Assembly (NCBI GenBank): GCA_020137815.1
Contig: CM035353.1
Span: forward strand, 5,952,001 to 6,016,000
DNA length: 64,000 nt
DNA from: Hormiphora californensis
Taxonomy: Eukaryota; Animalia; Ctenophora
Direction: 5' to 3'
The position numbers and the translations under genes are program-made. Positions 1 through 30,269 of this stretch are shown in pieces. Under the pieces are notes generated by a model. It saw only the letters and a program-made list of their open reading frames with translations. It was not told where the DNA came from and did not search any database. Position 1 is the stretch's first letter, and each line of letters starts with the position of its first letter.

Positions 1-429
1 CCAATTTTTATATGCTGAACAAGCTCCTGTGAAGCAAAATTTCTGAAACCGCTCCTGAGCGGCTATAGCCATATGGCTCAAAAACGGTTATGCGCATACC
101 TAATTATCCAATTATCTCTCGAACCTGATGAGATAACGACTTCTGCTTGGTACCAATCGATTCTGCTGCTCATTCTACACATTTTAGTGCCCTCATTTAC
201 GTAATTTCTACTCCAATCCAAAGCAAAGTTGCTATTTTTGGTCAAGGCTGAAAATACAGGCAAAAAGGGCGTGGCCATTTTGGGCACTTTCTTCACCTCG
301 GTTGGAGTGAACAATTTTTCTGGTGTTTCTGGGACCCCATAGGAGTACAATGCAAGTGGAAAACCTTTGTTATGTCTCAGTTCACCAATTAAGCAAAAAG
401 TGACTGGCCTAGTGGGTGACAAGTATAAT

Positions 430-1548
430 CAGAAAAAATAATAACAAAAATGATAAACTGAAAAGTATCTTAGATTATAAAGAAATATGTGACAGCAGCA
501 GGGGTGACCGTGTGAGAAATGGGGACTAATGAATAACCGAAAAGAAATTATTAAAGACTGACGTCGAAAACCAAATAAGGTCTTTCAGAGAAGGTAACAG
601 TAGCATCGAACAGGTAGGTCTTCAGGCGAATACGGAAGGAGTCCTCTGAAGGTGCGTCTCTAAGGTTCTCCGGTAGGTTGTTCCAGACATGGGGGAGATA
701 TTGGGATATTCTCCTTTTTCCCAGTTTGCTCACTTTCACATTTCCAGAAGGTAGCTTTAACTTGTAATGGTCTACTTTACAGCTCTGACGAGTAGACTTT
801 TGCACTGTAGTATTTTCATCATGTTCCACTAGATCCTGAAGGTACTGAGGGGCACTTCCATAATAGATCTTGTACCCTAGTAAACAGATTTTGAAGAAAA
901 TCCTCTTCTCAATCGTAAGGATATGGGAATCACGGTAGAAGGGGTCCAGATCAACTTTCCTCTCTCTGACTCCATGGATGTATCTTATTACTTGATTCAT
1001 TAGTCCTTTCAGCGGCTTGATGGTAGAGGCCGGCAGGTTGAAATACAGGGCATTGCAATAGTCCACTTTGGATATGACCAGCTGGGAGGCAAGCATCAGA
1101 CGTAGAGGTTTATCAATGAATCGGCGGATCTGCCAGAGGTCCCTCATAGTAACTCCAGCATTCCTCTTGACCATGGAGATTTGACGTTTCATATCCATTT
1201 GTTCATCAAGATAGATACCAAGGGTCTTTCCCGATTTTCCAGCCATGTCCATGGGGGAAATGATGTTCCCATTTAGCTCAAGTGTCAGGTCACTCTCCTC
1301 ACGTACAGTATCCATCTTCTTCTTCTTTCCCAGGATAAGAAACTCAGTTTTATCCTCATTAACCATCAGTCTGTTCTCAATCATCCAAATTCTTACCTCC
1401 TCCAAACATTTCTCAATAATCTCCTTTGAACCTGTCCAGCCTTCCACAGGGCAGAATCCGATGTATATTGTGCTATCGTCTGCATAAAGTCGTATTGTGA
1501 GTCCATACTTCTTTACAATAGGTTCTAGTGGTTCCACATTACACATAT
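430..1548 (-). mobile_element. 5'-truncated LINE (CR1/L2-group) reverse-transcriptase C-terminal half, in a MOB2 intron
   Basis: ORF 551-1681 contains LYADD, 'WMxxNRLMVNEDKTE', 'KTLGIYLD', 'SKVDYCN' and 'WNNLPENLR...SFRxRLKTYLF'. The part above ~1548 is fortuitous and overlaps the MOB2 exon. Confidence 0.9.
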
Positions 1549-1654
1549 AGGGCAAACTCCTAATATATTGTATAATTGTAAGCCCTACCGTGCCGTATTT
1601 TGTAAAACTCCTAATATGCCCCCCCCCCCTTAAAACTCCTAATATGGGCATTAC

Positions 1655-19581
<17,927 letters not shown>

Positions 19582-20259
19582 GGATTGTCTCAGAAACTAT
19601 CTGTCCCCACTTCTTCTCTTTTGTAGAGCTGGTAGATCCGTCACCACATTACTTCAGTGTTGATAAAATTCGTCTGTAAGAAGCTAAACTCGGGGGAAAT
19701 TACTAAAGTGCCGTTTTAAAGAGATTGAGCCTTGAGGCTACACAACTATAAATCTACCAGTGTCGAAAATATCAGACAAAGAAAGGGCAACAAGACCTGA
19801 AAATTGTCTTTTCAGGACCATATAAGAGCAAACAAATTGGCAATACAACAGCAGAAACGCGATATATCGGAGACCCGCATTAAAGAACGGCTCAGATCAT
19901 TCTTTAAGGGCACATCAATATGAAGGTGTTTAGTCACGATTAAATCGATTGAGATGATGGGGTAATAAAGATATAGGATGGGAAGGAGAGAGGGAGGGGG
20001 AAAGAGGGAGGGAGGGGAGAAAGAGAGAGGGGAATGACATTTTATTGATACACTCAGTAGTCAAAAGGACCAGGATTATGATGAATGATTAATGATGATG
20101 ATATCATAGGGAACCTATTTATATGGAAAATATTTTTACTTTTTCCCTTCATTTTTTTACTTATTCCCTTCATTAACAATAATGTGTATCGAATCGTAAG
20201 ACCCGTTTAAAAAACCAATAAATTTACTTTCCTGAATGAATGTTGTATCCACTTGCTAT

Positions 20260-21083
20260 GGGGGGTGCGACATGTTAATTTTGTTAACTTTGTTAATATT
20301 AACATCAAGAAAACAGGTGATTTATTAACAAAATTAACAAAAAGTTAACAAACGTTAACAAATGCCATTTATGCCATCTAAATCACCTTTAGCGCATGTT
20401 TTGGTATTTAACATTTGTTCTGCGAGCAAAGTTGTTCCTTTTGCACGATTTGCACACTCCTACTAACCTCTACTACGGATTTTCTACAGCGATTTGTTCC
20501 ATTGTGTAAATTTTAATAAAAACTAGCCAAACTAAACCGCAATTAAAGTCAATTGACCCTAATCCACCTTTTTTAAACCCTAAAAACTAATTGAGACTCA
20601 TGAATTTACCATAAAACAAAAATATATCAAAAATTAATTTTTCTAAAAAAACACAAGGATTTGTAGCGAAGCAAATTTTCAATTTTTGACCAAAAAATTG
20701 ATTTTGGAAATATTTTGTTTCTTTTTCGGACAGAAACGTTGTACATCATCTTCTTTTGTTCAAAGAATCGATTATCGATGAAAAAATCACGTTAAAGAGA
20801 GATTTTATACGCTAAATTGAAATCTTTGTAACTTTTGGATTTTATCGATTTTGAGCCAAAAAACATGTATGGCGGACTTTGGTTATCGGAAGAGGCCTTG
20901 TTTGGGTATATATGTGTTAGAAAAGTCATTAAACTATAAAATTAAACCAGTTAAAGTCGTACTATCAACCATTAAGAACAGTTTTTGCTGATTTGTTAAC
21001 TTTGTTAATTTTGTTAATTAACGTTAATTAACAAAATCGAAAAAAAGAGGTGATTTATTAACAATTAACATGTCGCCCCCCCC
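20260..21083. mobile_element. MITE with 8-bp TSD and G-rich termini (Merlin/hAT-like)
   Basis: TIR ggggggtgcgacatgttaatt/aattaacatgtcgcccccccc, TSD cttgctat, subterminal ttgttaa repeats. Confidence 0.88.
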
Positions 21084-21419
21084 CTTGCTATGTTCTAACC
21101 CTCCTTTACATTTGTGTTTCGCGGGCGGGGCGTGCGAAACACAGTCTAGTTAGGCAAGTATCCACCCGTCTATTTGGTACAGATTTCCCTCCTCGGAATT
21201 AGGATCAACAATGAAACACGACATGTGGAACAATCGACTACATTAACCCTAACGGAACCAGACATACACTGGCTTCGGAGAGCGAGATAGAGATAGAGAG
21301 AAGGAGAGAGAGAGTAGAAGGAGAGAAGGAGAGCGAGATAGAGAGAAGAAGAAAGTAGAGAGAGAGAAGGAGAGAGAGAGAGAGTAGAGAAAATGATAAG
21401 AGGCAGATACGGAATTTGG

Positions 21420-21537
21420 TACCCTACTAAAATATAGTTCGACGCGACGCGACGCGCGATCGATAAACGATCGATATCGATCGTTTATCGATCGTTTATC
21501 GATCGCGCGTCGCGTCGAACTATATTTTAGTAGGGTA
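21420..21537. mobile_element. Near-perfect CpG-rich palindromic MITE
   Basis: taccctactaaaatatagttcgacgcg...cgcgtcgaactatattttagtagggta. Confidence 0.85.
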
Positions 21538-21662
21538 ATTAATTAGATGGGACATGTAGCAGTACAGTAGGACACACTTGAACAAAAGAAAATTTCGCAG
21601 TGACTTTGCAAACAAAGTTTGACGACGAGAGATGGATAGTAAGCACACTGGTATACACACAG

Positions 21663-21708
<46 letters not shown>

Positions 21709-21921
21709 TGTGAGGGGGGGGGGAGAGAACAGAAGACAGAAATGTGGATTCTCATAGTGGCCACTTTCTTTAAAGAGATAGAGGGGAAGTGCGCCCGGTG
21801 CGAAGAGTACGGTCTTACCCCTAGAGGTCTACTTGGATCTGAGTTTTATGCTCAGCTAAGATAGTCGCACTGCGCATAGCAAATGCTGTTGCACGCCAAC
21901 TCTTCTCTTTCTTTAGTCTAA

Positions 21922-21960
21922 ACTAGTAGGCCCGTTCGCCCTACGGGCGAATTTCGGGGA
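21922..21960 (-). mobile_element. Helitron 3' terminus
   Basis: Minus strand reads ...gcccgtagggcgaacgggcctaCTAGt: a GC hairpin followed by CTAG|T. The 5' end was not located. Confidence 0.6.
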
Positions 21961-23162
21961 AATGATAGCTGGATTAGGGAACGCTGACATCACCTGCACC
22001 ATCCGTTCCTAGCCTATCTCTCACTTTCTCCCTACTCATGTTGGTGTACGCTCTGGGCTTCCTGACAATGTCGAGGTGCGAATTTAAGAGATCAATGTCA
22101 TGGAGGTGCAGTGCTGTTCCAGAAACTCATCACGTGAAAACTTGGCCGCTATGTAGCCGATTTGGAGATTTCTATATTCGACTGGAGTAATCACCCTTGG
22201 GCGACTTTGGGTAAAGCTATCCGTAGTCGTTGATTGGCTCGCTTGAACACGTTGGCGTAATCTGTCATATTCTCTAGCCTGCTCCCTGACAGCAGCAGTT
22301 CTCCTGGACCTAGGTCCTAGATAAACGTTGCCGAATAGCACTTTGGGTGGAAGAGCTAGACATCAGGACAGAAGTAAAAGAATGCACGTGCAGAATTGAA
22401 TTTCCCCTTGGTACCCAACTGCAACTGGGAGAGAGGTCTCCACTCTCCAGGTCCCTCTAATAATTGCACGTGCAAGTGTAGTTGCTAGGTGACCTCCGTT
22501 ACACAATTTGCTTAGTAAGTAGTATGATGTGTCTCTCACTTGTGGGAAAGTCGCACGAGACTTTTTTGCATGAACAAATGTTTCTGAAGAGTTGAAATCG
22601 TGTGATAACGGATGATTTGGGCCTTGGGGCCTGACTGTACATGTACATGTACAGTCAGGCCCCATGCATGTGGGGTGCGTGATGTACAGTCAGTGCCTGA
22701 CAAAGGGGGAAGAGAGTGCGAGAGAGATTCGAGTTGGCCAAAACGTACTTAAAACTTTGACAATTTTCCCAAAATCTCAAAACTTTCCGTTCTACAGAAC
22801 TCCATCTAATTTCTCTTCTGTGTTATCCCTCATGGGGCCCCCGTCCTACCCCGTGTACCGTTTATACTGTTGTTCTCAGTTCTTCATACGACATAAAACA
22901 AGAGGGGGGGGGGGCAGTCTAAACAAGTGTGTCCGAGTATCATTATATAGTTGGGTACCGCTCCTGCAGTAGATCTAACCTACTCGCAGTTGTACTTCAA
23001 AACCTTACATTTTCAATCTCTAAGTAAACTTTCAATACAAATCATGGAACCATGATTCACTGCTCTGAGGCTTTAGTGTTTTTTACACTTACAAGGTCGG
23101 GGTATGAAATATACAGTAAATAAAAAGGGCACACCAAACACATCTGGTACTCATTTTCAAAA

Positions 23163-23667
23163 GATGCACAACACACGCCGGGTAAAAGGTGAAATGCACA
23201 ATACAAACCGGCTAAAAGGTGAAACACACAATACAAACCGGCTAAAAGGTGAAATGCACAATACAAACCGGCTAAAAGGTGAAATGCACAATAAAAACCG
23301 GCTAAAAGGTGAAATGCACAATACAAACCGGCTAAAAGGTGAAATGCACAATACAAACCGGCTAAAAGGTGAAATGCACAATACAAACCGGCTAAAAGGT
23401 GAAATGCACAATACAAACCGGCTAAAAGGTGAAATGCACAATACAAACCGGCTAAAAGGTGAAATGCACAATACAAACCGGCTAAAAGGTGAAATGCACA
23501 ATACAAACCGGCTAAAAGGTGAAATGCACAATACAAACCGGCTAAAAGGTGAAATGCACAATACAAACCGGCTAAAAGGTGAAATGCACAATACAAACCG
23601 GCTAAAAGGTGAAATGCACAATACAAACCGGCTAAAAGGTGAAATGCACAATACAAACCGGCTAAAA
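23163..23667. repeat. 30-bp minisatellite, ~17 highly homogeneous copies
   Basis: Unit gaaatgcacaatacaaaccggctaaaaggt. Confidence 0.98.
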
Positions 23668-23765
23668 CCCCTGCACGGTTGTGAACAGTACGGCCCGTGA
23701 ACATGTGATTAATCAGTGCTCGAGGAAGACAGAGAGAAGGGAGTGTCTCTATATATATGCTTGCA

Positions 23766-23799
<34 letters not shown>

Positions 23800-25279
23800 C
23801 TCTCTCTCTCTCTCTCACTCTCTCTCTCTCTCCCCATCTCTCTCCCATCTTTACTATTCTCCTCTCTGCAAAGTCCAATCTATTCCACTAGATCTCTCTT
23901 CCTTTATAGCTGTATTCCCAACCCTCTATTTCTCTCACTATCGCTCAATCAATCACTGGAGCACTATAGTAACACAACAGTACTACTAGCATGCTCTCTA
24001 CCAATCTCCTTCTCCCAATCTCCCTCCTTGCCTCTTAGCAATCTACTTCTATTCACCATCGCTCGCTGTTAATTAAAACTAACAAGCTTCTATTTAGGGA
24101 ACTTTAACGGCGGAGCGCACGGAAAGAGGGTCGAGCAAGGCAAGTGAAATAGTTGGTATACTATATATGTGAGGGTACCAGTATTTTAGAGCTAGGACAC
24201 GATACAATAGTTGTGTGTCATGTGCGATCAACGTTACCGATCGAATCGGGACTCGGGCAACTTTGGTACAAACGAAACCAAAAATCATAGCCATCTAAAA
24301 ATCACTAAAATGATACACTATTTAGGTTGTGGCTCAGAAGCTAGGTCTTTGTGTCAAGATATTACATATACGATGCAGGATTTTGAAAATTCAGTCAGTT
24401 CACCAGTGTAACACTTCCTGCCTTTCCTATCTATGACACTGATAAAAACTGTCACTCAAAGATGCTTCTACAAGACCAAGGGGGTGAGTCACCTCTGCTT
24501 TTAAAATGAGGTCACAGTTCCGGTGAAGTCTGTCAATCACATATTCCCACATATTATGTGAAAATCATCCTAGGACAAACCATAAGAATATCACGTGATA
24601 TTTGTGGCGCGCACCAACAAGTGCTAACAATATCAGTAGACCCAATGGGTTTGCCGCGCGGCGCTTCTACTGCGGATGGAGCGGCAGCGGCGCCGTACAC
24701 ACAACACGGCGACCATGACATCTCGAGCAAGGAGAGAGAGAAAGACGGATAGACAGAGAAGATGAAATATAAATAGCAAACCTTTCAAAATAACTCAGCT
24801 TCACCCAGAGTGGAATGGAAGAGAAATCCGTCTGAAAAGGGAGAGGGCACACTGAAGAACGGAGGGGCAGGAAGGTAAATAAAGAAGTAAAAAGGAGGTG
24901 ATTCTGTATACCAATGTCGAGATAGATAGATAGATGGAGAAGTTTCTGTCTTACTGAGCCGAAAGAAAGGGGGTGGGTCCCAAAATGTGGGTGGTGGGAC
25001 AGATAGAGGAGGGCCTATACTGTCAAAATCAAGGGGGATGGTGGGTGTTTTTCACCTAGGCCAAAAGTTACACAAGCCGCCAGAAAGAAAATACAGTGAG
25101 ATACTGGGAGTGAGAAAGGGAGATAGAGATAGAGAGAGGGAGAGAGAGGGAGAGATAGAGAGAGTGAAAGTTTGAGTGATAGATAGTGTGCGTGTGTACA
25201 TATGAGTGTATAAAAGTAAATGCTGACTTATAATTACGCATAATATGCAGAGTGTGCATCTTTACATGCAACAGGAGTT

Positions 25280-25332
<53 letters not shown>

Positions 25333-25345
25333 TAGAGATAGGAGA

Positions 25346-25403
<58 letters not shown>

Positions 25404-26939
25404 CGAAAACTGAGTAAGAAACATTCAAAGCGTGTCAACTCGTATGTATGGTTTAGCAAACGAGGGTATAGTAAATGAACCAAGATATATGTACAATTAG
25501 AGCGAGAGAAATATAAAGATTATGAACTTGAACTAATAAATATTTATCGGCGAGCAACTTACAACACATAAACGATATGATATATCACATTCGTCATACA
25601 TATCACATTAACAGGTCTGAGTAAAATATAAAAAGCATCAAGCACTATCATAGCTCTAATATATTTAAAAGCAACCTCATAGCGGGCAGATCTATTCAAA
25701 GTTATGTAGAATTTCTATGATTTATATCTGCCCCTCCTAATTCTATGAAAGAAATGAGGAGGGGCAGAGCTATTCAAGGTCAAAATCATATAAATGAGGA
25801 GGGGCAGAGCTAGCTCGAGCTATTCAAAAGTATAAATCATAGAAATGAAGAGGGGTAGGAACGATGAGGCGGAGAAGACTCCTATGAACAGCTGCTGTTC
25901 TGAACGTCTGGGATCAGAAGAGATTTAGAGAGCGTCACAGGGAAGGAGAGAGCGAAGGAGACAAGATCTACTTGAGAGCTGCTGATGCGGCAAATAGTGA
26001 AGTTTCCGCGCGGTGATCTTCGTACTTGCTCGCTACTGTCTCTCTTCGAGCTTCAGATAATGCTTATCCTCTATATTGCTCTATCTCTATCTTAGAAGTA
26101 AATATTAATGAGTGAGGAGAGCTATCTCTTCTTTAAATATACAGCCATCACTTGCTGTAACTCAAGAACAGTAACACCTGCTGGCTTAGCGGTGTGCGAC
26201 CAAGAATAAAGGGACTAGGTGAAGAGTGAGAGGTTGAGAGTGGTGAGATAGGAGTGGAGCTATACTCTCTCTCTATGTACTATATTCTCTATATCCTATC
26301 TCTATCGCTCTCTGATCTCATCTCTGTATCTCCCCAGATCTAACCTACTACTCTCCCTTCTACTCATCCGTCCTCTCCCTCTCTCTTCTCTCGTTCTCAG
26401 ACTACTCGTCTCTCTCTCTCTCCTCGCTCCTCTCCTCTCTCTCGCTCTCTTTCCCTTCGTCTAGATGGAGATAGAGATCAGGATAGTCTAGGTGTTCTGA
26501 TGCGAGATCCCTTTATGCTGGCAATAGCATATTATTTTGGCTCGTCTTTAGTTTTCGGTGCAGTAGAGAAAAAGGACAGGAGGTACACAAAACAGAAATC
26601 AAGTTAGTGAGGCATTGAGAGCGTGACATAATAGGAGCACACACTACTTAACTGTTAACATACTCAAAAGTAGCGAAAGTGCTGGCCTAGAGAGCTAGAT
26701 TTGATATATCATGAGAAGTCATAACAATAATATGACAGTGTGAAAACAAACCAGTATTTAAATTTCAAAATCCTTAGAAATGAACTTTTATTTATAATTC
26801 GCCCAGTTCTGGAGAAGAACCCAGTTGTGACAACTGACAAATACGTGTACAGACAGATATGGGATGAACTATGAAGCGACACGTCACGTGTTACACGTGT
26901 AAAACAACTCCCAGTTCCCAGGCCCACACCATGAATCCA

Positions 26940-27060
26940 ACACCCCACAACATCCCACACCATCCCACAACATCCCACACCATTCCCACAACATCCCACA
27001 ACATTCCCACAACATCCCACAACACCCCAAAACATTCCACAACACCACACAATATCCCAC
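26940..27060. repeat. 10-11-bp tandem repeat
   Basis: Variants of (cat[t]cccacaa)n. Confidence 0.9.
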
Positions 27061-27484
27061 TCTGGTACTCACCCGATAAGCCACTCCATTGCAAGTAGTG
27101 CTGCTGCTCTTCACTGACTTCCTCGTGTTTCTCTCTCTCCACTGTAATCAGATCACTTCCTATACCATTCGTCCTATATGTGAGGAAATAGTAAGTTGGG
27201 GGGATGATACAATAATTGGGTCGTATCGCGATATATCGGGGTACATTCCCAGTGTCAAAGTTCGGGTATCTGGGGATCCTGGCTGCTAGTCAATTTTATC
27301 GCCAAAATATCTAGTCAATTTTCTAAAATGGGAAAATTATAGTGAGAAATTGAGAAAATGGTAGCACATTTAAAAAAAAACAAGGTAAATAGGGATGACA
27401 AACTTCAAATCACCATCTATGTATTTTCTCTAATTTACAGAACATTGTTTTGCTCTGATTTTCACCACCTCCATTCTTACATTT

Positions 27485-27557
27485 TCCATCAGTGGTGTAG
27501 TGGTTACACCATGGACTCTCACCCCGATGATCAGGGTTCGAATCCGGATGGGGTGAT
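27485..27557 (+). pseudogene. tRNA-like sequence (Gln/Glu-type body, CTC at the anticodon position)
   Basis: A box TGGTGTAGTGG, D-stem GGTG/CACC, B box GGTTCGAATCC, partial acceptor stem ccatc/gatgg and a downstream T-run. The anticodon and T stems pair poorly. Confidence 0.7.
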
Positions 27558-27848
27558 TTAACTTACTTTTTACTTTCATGATTTTTTCTCTTTGTTCATA
27601 CCAGTGTGTTGTAACATGACACTGATAGTGATAACATCACAATATCATAGAAGAACGCTTGTCAGTACATATGTGTGAGATCTCGCTCATCGATGTCAGG
27701 ATCTCTAGTCGGTAGAGAGGGAGTCTAGGAGGTAGCCTGTGATAGTCACGGATCCCGCAGCGCACGATAAGCTAATTGCTGAAAAGTCATGCTTTGTAGA
27801 CTAGAGATCCAAACATTATATAGAGCGTTGAATAGTGAAATAAGCATA

Positions 27849-27921
27849 AGGTTGGTGGTCTAGTGGTGTGAATTCTCGCCTGTCAAGCAGGCGACTCGAG
27901 TTCGATCCTCAGGTTTGACAG
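27849..27921 (+). pseudogene. tRNA-Asp(GTC)-like sequence
   Basis: A box TGGTCTAGTGG, ctcgc-CTGTCAA-gcagg anticodon arm, B-box-like GAGTTCGATCCTC, then T-runs. The acceptor stem is degenerate. Confidence 0.65.
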
Positions 27922-28442
27922 AAATCTAAAACATTTTTATTTTTTTAAATGTAACCCTTTTTTATTACATATATAATAATCTAGTTAATTAATCAATGTG
28001 TTGAAACTTAATTATTAAAATAGAAAAATTTGTTTCCATCCTAGTCAAATTTGTTTAAAAAATTCAGGATCCTAGTCGGATTGAGATACTTTGACACTGG
28101 GGGTACATTCCATTTTACAGTTGGGGGGATGCTACAATAATTGGGTCGTATTGGGGTACATTCCATTTTACAGTGGGGGGGGGGGGCTCTGGTAAAATGA
28201 TACAACAGCTGCCTGCGTATATTACGGGGATTTATGTAGCTGCGTTATTATCGCAACAAGATGAGACCAATACATTTTCATATTGCAATATGATATTACA
28301 TATATCAGTAAATATTTTACACTAGCTGTATAAAATACTCTGCTATCTCTACTTGTAATATATGCAGCAGTACGGGGTTTGATATATCAGACATTTCTGT
28401 GTGTGTGGGGGGATAGGTAACAAAGGACTTGACACAAATTGT

Positions 28443-28551
28443 CAGGAACCGACCGACACAAGTAAACAACCAATCACAACTCGTTATTTAGGTCACGTGA
28501 CTGGTTATCAGCCAATCAGGGACCAGTATTTCCTGATTCGGTCGGTTCCTG
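28443..28551. mobile_element. 109-bp TIR element, copy 2
   Basis: Same TIRs as copy 1; flanked by a 16-bp direct repeat acttgacacaaattgt. Confidence 0.9.
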
Positions 28552-30269
28552 ACTTGACACAAATTGTACAAGATAGTGGAATCAAAAAGGGTGGTAATCA
28601 ATGAAGCTGTAGTGATAATCAATGAAGCTGTAGAGTATAAAAGAAACAACAAAATCAACAACAATTAAACAGTAACTTCACGTTAATTAAAACATCCTGC
28701 TGTACACACTCAGCAAAAGAAAACTCAAGATATAACAAACTTGCACTCTGCTCTCTTTTACAGCACTCTTATACTCCAAACAGACGAATGATTAACGAAA
28801 TTATAAATCAGTTTAAAAAATTTAAAAAAGTAGAAACGTAAATTAAAAGTATGTGTCTTGGCACTAATCAATTACTCATTCAAATTATCTCTTAATTAAT
28901 TCAACGGATCAATAAAAGCTATTTCAAGCAGTTCTTTTGTATCCAACTATTGCCTTGTTCGACCCTGGTTCCTCACTCAGACCCTGTTTCCTCACGCCCC
29001 CTCTCAGATAGACCAACTCTAACCAAACGCATCGTCATCAGTATATGCAAAGTATACAAACTTATCAGTATCCTTGTGAGCCTCATACACTTCGCCCATG
29101 GTCAAACACGCGGCCGGAATCTGCAAAGTGTGGGAAAAAACCCTTGTCATGACTGTAACACGCTGCGAGAGTCATGCCCCAAAGTTAAGTCTTTTGTGGG
29201 ACAAGAAAATAGATAATGTGAGCGTGTGTGTGTAGCGCTGCCTCTAGTCTACCATTGTGTTCATTCGATGAGGAGGGAACTATATACGTACCACATTGTC
29301 AACAAAGCAAAAAAGTGTTGTCTCCGGTTGGAGTTGAACTCTCTTCCTAATAATGTAGTGAAACTGGGCGATAGTCAAATCGTAGGGTACCAGAAACTTC
29401 TTCTTGTCAATATCCGGTAGTTTACCAGATTTAGCGTTTTCAACAATCACCTAGCACACAAATTTGAATATTGATGGCTTAGGGAGATAACTAACTCTCA
29501 TTTTTGAGCAGATTTAGTTTAAAATGTTTAGGTTAGAAAGCAGAGTGATTGGAACTAACCGGGATTTTGTCGGGGTATTTATCCAAGATACCGGACGCCT
29601 CCTTGAGACGGTGATCAAAATCAAACTTGTCTTTGAAAATCCACTTCATATTCTATTACTTGGTGGTGTAACTAGCCTATTGTTTTAAAACGTAGGATAG
29701 ATATAAATTGCGCCAGTTTTAAATCAGACTTTAGGACTTGTAGAAAAAGGAATAAATTCCCTTTTTTTCAACTCTTTTTACCCCCTTTTAACATGTGGCG
29801 AGGTATTAACCCCCCACTTGAGCTCAAAATACAGCAATTAGGTCAAGAACCAATTACCAAAGGCCAAAATAAGATTCCGACACTCAGATATGAAATAAGA
29901 AGCGTACACCCAGGAAAGTGAACAGTGAACACTGAACAGTTGAGAAATGGACTTTTAAGTGTGAATGAGGAAACTTGGAAATTTTTAAAGTATCCGCCGC
30001 TTAACTTGTTGACATATGTCACAGGGGCGAAAGCTGGCAAACGCAGCTTGCGCACCGTTCTTATACCTGAACGGGAGAGAGACAGAAAAGGAAAACGAAA
30101 ACAGAAAAGTGGCGAAAACTTCCATCTTGAAAAGTTGTTGAAAACAGCCTTTCAAAACAAGGTTAGCGAAGCGCGGCGCGGCGCGTATCAGATGCATCGC
30201 ACAACAACAATAATCGCGACCGCGCGTTATTTGCCCAAACCGCGTCGCATTGTTACGGTTTGCATTTGG

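Larger units (their letters stand above)
27248..28101. mobile_element. TIR element carrying two tRNA-like sequences
   Basis: TIR cccagtgtcaaagt/actttgacactggg; duplicated target ggtacatt (8 bp, or 10-12 bp if the TIR is trimmed); repeated subterminal ctagtc motifs. Confidence 0.85.

Noticed and set aside
22084-22665. Possible transposase or Helitron-captured coding fragment
   Set aside because: It looks coding-like, but no motif can be named with confidence; BLASTX is needed.
23163-23667. Possible CRISPR array or repeat protein (ORFs 23057-23704, 23104-23700)
   Set aside because: Head-to-tail 30-bp units with no unique spacers and no cas genes, in a eukaryotic context. The ORFs are a by-product of a unit length divisible by 3.
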